Assembly: GCA_050273025.1 (NCBI GenBank) | Contig: CP158636.1 | Span: 2,604,001 to 2,668,000 of the forward strand | Reading direction: 5' to 3' | DNA from: Cenococcum geophilum | Taxonomy: Eukaryota | DNA length: 64,000 nucleotides | In this document: positions 59,982 through 64,000 of the stretch, in pieces | Numbering within the stretch: position 1 is the first letter of the stretch | Layout: the number at the start of each line of letters is the position of its first letter | Translations under genes and position numbers: made by a program | The notes under the pieces: model-generated | What the model saw: the letters and a program-made list of their open reading frames with translations, nothing else | Databases searched by the model: none | What the model was told of the DNA's origin: nothing

Positions 59982-61935
59982 TATTAGATAACTCATATAG
60001 AGCTATTTATTGATAAAATGGGTTAATTAATTAATGATCTTAATTGTGACTTAATGGTTGCTTGACCTAGGGCCCCTAGGCTTAGACGAAGATATTTATA
60101 ATATATGTGACCCGTACACGGACCAGTGCACGTCCTACACTACCGAGAATATAGATTATCTAATATACCCCCTTAGCTTTAACCTGGTCGAGGACAAAGC
60201 TAGCCACCTTCTTGTATCCGTTAATGCGTTAATTAAACCATAATCTTATCTAAATCCTTCCGTCTCGCTCTAATATTCTCCCTTAGGTCCTCTAGTTACT
60301 TCTCCTTATTTAGCCGCTCCTTAATATCCACTATCCCAATTATATTAATGAAGCTTTAAAACCTCTACTTAGGTAGGGCCTTTGTAAGTCTATTAACAAT
60401 TATCTCCTTCGTTACTATCCATTAAAATTATATTTGTCTCTTTACATATTCCTAACGTAGCTAGTATTAATAGATATTAACGTGTTGGAGCTTTATAATT
60501 AGCTTTACCGTATCTTCTATAATTAGTTAGAGCGTTTAGGTGTTGTTGCAGTTAATAATTAAGGGCTTGTTTAGTTATAACGTTATTACTTTAAATAGCC
60601 TACTAATAAAGATAGCTTCCTTTACTGTCTATAATAGGGCTAATAGCTCGGCTTCTGTGCTTAACGTTATAACTATACCCTACTTATTTGCTCTCTAGGC
60701 GATTAGCCCCCTAAATAGCTTTATAATATATCCTTATAAGCTCTTTCTATCGACGGAGTTGTCCGTAAATAATGCGTCGCTAATATAGATAAATAATTAC
60801 GCTTTACTTCTACCGTCTCCATCGTCTCGTCCTTAGTCGCGTATTCCTTTATCTCTCCCTCTACCGTTTATTCCTTCCTTATCTCCTCTATAGTAGATTA
60901 CTCTACTCCTCATACTATATAGGTACTAAATAACTCTTTCTGCCGCTTAATAGCGCTTTTAGCTTGGGTCCTAATTAAACCTTACTAGCTATAATACTGT
61001 AAAGGCAATATCTGGACGCGTTATAGTGGCTATATAGAGTACTAAACCTAGTTTTCTCTAATATAGCATTATAGAAGCTAGTAGGGATATAGGACGGACT
61101 AATAGGTTTATATCGGGGGACGGACGCGTTAGATGGGTCCTATAGTAATTAGTAGGGAGGAGTTTTAATTCTGCTATAGGAGTGTCTAAAAGACGCCCTC
61201 TAAGATCTATCTTATACTAGTTAGCTATCTTCTTAATATAGGCTTCCTGGGATAGCCATAGGAGCCTTTAGCTATAATTATATAGTACGTAGATTCCTAG
61301 GAACTATTTTAGCTCGCTAAGGGTACTTATCTGGTATTCCTTGCTTAGCTCCTTAATTACTTCTTAAGCTTTCTTCTTATATATCTTTTAGTAGCAGAAG
61401 ATAATATTATTAATATAGAAGAAGATGACTATTTTACCTTTTAGCATAATACACGGCTCCTAGGGTACTTCTTTAAAACCCAATTTGTTTAATAAGCTCG
61501 TAAGATTCTTTTGCTATAATAGTGGTAATCGTCGTAGTTTATATAGGGCTTTTCTTAAGCGTAGTACTTTATCTATCTTTCCTTTATTAAACCCTAGCGG
61601 TAGCTTTATATAGATAACCTTATTAAGATCATAATGAACAAACACATTAACTGCATCTATCTGTGTCGTCTCTAGGTTAAATTTTATAGTAATCGCTATA
61701 AGGGTTCGGAAGGTCGTACTAGCTAATATAGTAGCTCTTATAGGTAGGTCTCCTAGGGCCTATTAATTTCCGTAGATTACTAAGCATGCCTTACATTTCT
61801 GGAGAAATCCGTACTTATCTGTCTTATAGACGAATACCTATATTAAGCTAAGGACCTACTATCCCTTTACGTGCTTCTTATCTGTTTCTTAAAATAACTT
61901 TATTTAATAATGAGATTAGAGATAGACTTGTTAAG
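59982..61935 (-). mobile_element. 3' part of a RIP-mutated Ty1/copia element (3' LTR 59982-60165), interrupted at 61936
   Basis: Minus-strand PPT-like AAAGCTAAGGGGGTA next to the LTR. De-RIP RT WVFVYKTDK..KCKARLV (~61780-61845), KALYGLRRSP and FYVDD; RNase H KLQHVDIHQHWLRQE (~60450-60495). Confidence 0.88.
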
Positions 61936-64000
61936 TGTAATGGAATTCCCTAGAAGGTATATATTAGATGAGATAGAAGGAGGTCTTATCTATGTTCTAA
62001 AAAGAGGTCTTATCTATATTCTAGAAGGAGGTCTTATCTATATTCTAAAAGGAGGTCTTATCTATATTCTATCTACGTCCTAGAAGACATGGTTAGATAG
62101 ATAAGGGGTAAAGGGTTTTACTAGTGTTTTAGAAAGATTATATAGGGAGCTAGTTCTCCTCTAGAGAAGAACTAGCAATTAGTCTCTAAATAGAAGTGGT
62201 TAGAAGCATTTGTCCTTTAATATATAAAACTTATTCTACCTTTAACTTACCTTTTATTTACCTTTAACTTACCTTCTACTTACTAGTAACACTATTGATT
62301 AGATAATTATACGTTCCGGTTAGGCTAGCCTCTTACAATTTTAATTGCTTACAATCCATTAGGAACGTACGGCTATTAATCGATAATAATGAACCATACT
62401 TTTGTACCCTATAAAGCAACGCCCTTACTATAAGAGGCTTAAAGAGTCTCCCCAGAGGAGCGCATTCCCTCTTCCTATAAAGAAGCTACGGCTAGTTTGT
62501 CTAACCTTATAAGACCTTTAAAAACGATTACCGCTAGGGAGTTATCGGAGCGGTCGCTATATAAAACCCTACAAAAAATAAAGGAGTTAGAGATATGATT
62601 AAGATAAGCATATTAAGACTACTAAGAACAATTGTAAGGACAATTGGGGGAAGTGTAGATACCCTAGATACGAAGCGGACTTAAAGGGGTAACGCCACAC
62701 TATGCTGTAATATTAGAAAAACCTAAATTCTACATAAAGGAACCTAATAAGTACTATGGTAATAGTCTTTAGAACTATAATCGTTTTATCTAATAATACG
62801 AAACTAAGTTTTAGCTAGATCTAAAACATTACTTTAATAAGTATAATTAGACACTAATTACTTCTACCTTCCTACATAGCACCGTCAAGAGTTTATAGAC
62901 ACGCTACGAGAAGAAACTTACTATACCCCTTAAATTTAGCGAACTTAGGACCTAGTTAGTTAATTAGGTCTAAAACCCTACTAATTAAGGGATAGACTAC
63001 AACCAGTAATACTACAATGCTAAACAGCGGGATAGTTAGACTATAGTCTAGTTTATAAACTACTTAAAAGAACTAGAAGACAATATACCCTACTTAAATC
63101 TATAGGATGACGCTATATAACTTTACCAGCTACTCGCTAAGCTACGGCCTAAGATTTAATAGGCCATATAAGAAAAGGGCGAAATTCCTACCTCTTGAGA
63201 AAAGCTTATCTCTAAAGCTACTCGGATTAAGAGTGCTAAAAGAGACCATCTAGGCAAGCGAAAGGAATAAAACGCTAACGATAAAGAGCATAGGACTAGA
63301 CCTAGCTTTAATAATAGGGGCAGATTCCGACCTAACCGCTCTATAAAAGGATAACGCGAGTAGGCCTCGCAGCCCTAGAGTAATGCTGGTTAACCCTAAA
63401 ATAATAATAGGCAGAGACCTAATCCGTAAAAGGGGAACCGAGAGACATACACCTATTATAACTGCGGTAAAAAGGGCTATATAAGCCGCTTCTACTAGTA
63501 AAAGAAGTAAGAGTCGGCCTAATTAGGAAAAGAGACAGCCTAGTAAATCTTTACTCCCTTACACTAGGCTAGTAAAAAAAGGAGGGAGTAAACTACCATA
63601 TAGTTATTCCTATCTCTATTTAAGTTAATAATAAATAGGTGACGCAAGACTGCCTTATAGATAGCGGCGCGAGTATAGGGTTCATTTCTTAATTACTAGT
63701 AAAAGAATTAGATTTGGATCTTAGCGGCTCGTAGGTACGCACTATTTAAAGTATTAGAGGCTACTAGATTCTATACTATAGGGAACAGGCTTTTTTTATA
63801 GCTAGCTAGGACCGCGATGGTCTATAGAATACGCAGGAGATACGCCTCTATGCTATAGAAATTAAGGGGTATAACCTTGTTTTAGGATACCTATAGCTTT
63901 ACTAAGTTAATCCAGATATTAATTAGCCTTTAGCCTTGTATTAATATCAGAAGTCTTAACCGCGCATTATAGTTAAAGATTAGGAGACTTTTTTAAACCA
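61936..64000 (+). mobile_element. 5' part of a RIP-mutated Ty3/gypsy element inserted into the copia (LTR ~61936-62337)
   Basis: TGTAA...TTACA LTR with four 24-bp internal repeats. Gag KEPDKYYG-like ~62737, zinc knuckle (C)YNCGKKG(H)..RF(C) ~63454, protease LIDSGAS ~63654. Confidence 0.85.
63525..63592 (+). promoter_or_regulatory. Putative slippery site plus H-type pseudoknot (gag-pol -1 frameshift)
   Basis: AGGAAAAG, then stem 1 AGCCTAGT (63537-44) / ACTAGGCT (63563-70). Loop TTTACTCCCT (63550-59) pairs perfectly with downstream AGGGAGTAAA (63583-92). Located between the zinc knuckle and the protease. Confidence 0.75.

Noticed and set aside
783..60165. Related LTRs at 783-970 and 59982-60165 as the ends of one giant element enclosing the gene island
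   Set aside because: Each LTR is attached to its own copia body on the outer side (PBS to the left, PPT/RT to the right), and they differ by many non-RIP changes.

Overview
Eukaryotic window from a filamentous ascomycete (gene style suggests a Dothideomycete; inference) with a two-compartment layout. Two AT-rich, TpA-loaded, RIP-mutated transposon blocks (1-~25.6 kb and ~57.8-64 kb) flank a gene island. The left block is a nest resolved by target-site duplications (TSDs). A degenerate gag-like host contains a Ty3/gypsy chromovirus (1206-24567, TSD AAAGT). That chromovirus in turn contains a TIR-bounded minisatellite element in its 5' LTR (itself carrying a solo LTR), a full Ty1/copia (9112-15213) and a second chromovirus (17254-23169). 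The gene island holds an F-box gene, SEC12, a Mae1/SLAC1-type dicarboxylate transporter, TOR kinase, a decayed bacterial-style GH106 rhamnosidase split by a 2.7-kb repeat-built insertion, U2SURP/SR140, a conserved hypothetical gene, a HAD hydrolase and an intronless GC-rich PD-(D/E)XK-like ORF. The right block holds a pogo/Fot1 transposon, an LTR, and a copia interrupted by another gypsy. The most unusual signals: (i) two non-coding mobile units built from shared minisatellites, one with ends that join into a tyrosine-recombinase-like site; (ii) an antisense Zn2Cys6-like ORF and repeated W-x2-C-x4-C-x2-H motifs in the outer chromovirus; (iii) the foreign-looking nuclease ORF; (iv) the bacterial-type GH106 pseudogene. 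Protein readings inside RIP-mutated DNA are manual reconstructions, and family assignments come from motif recognition, not database searches.
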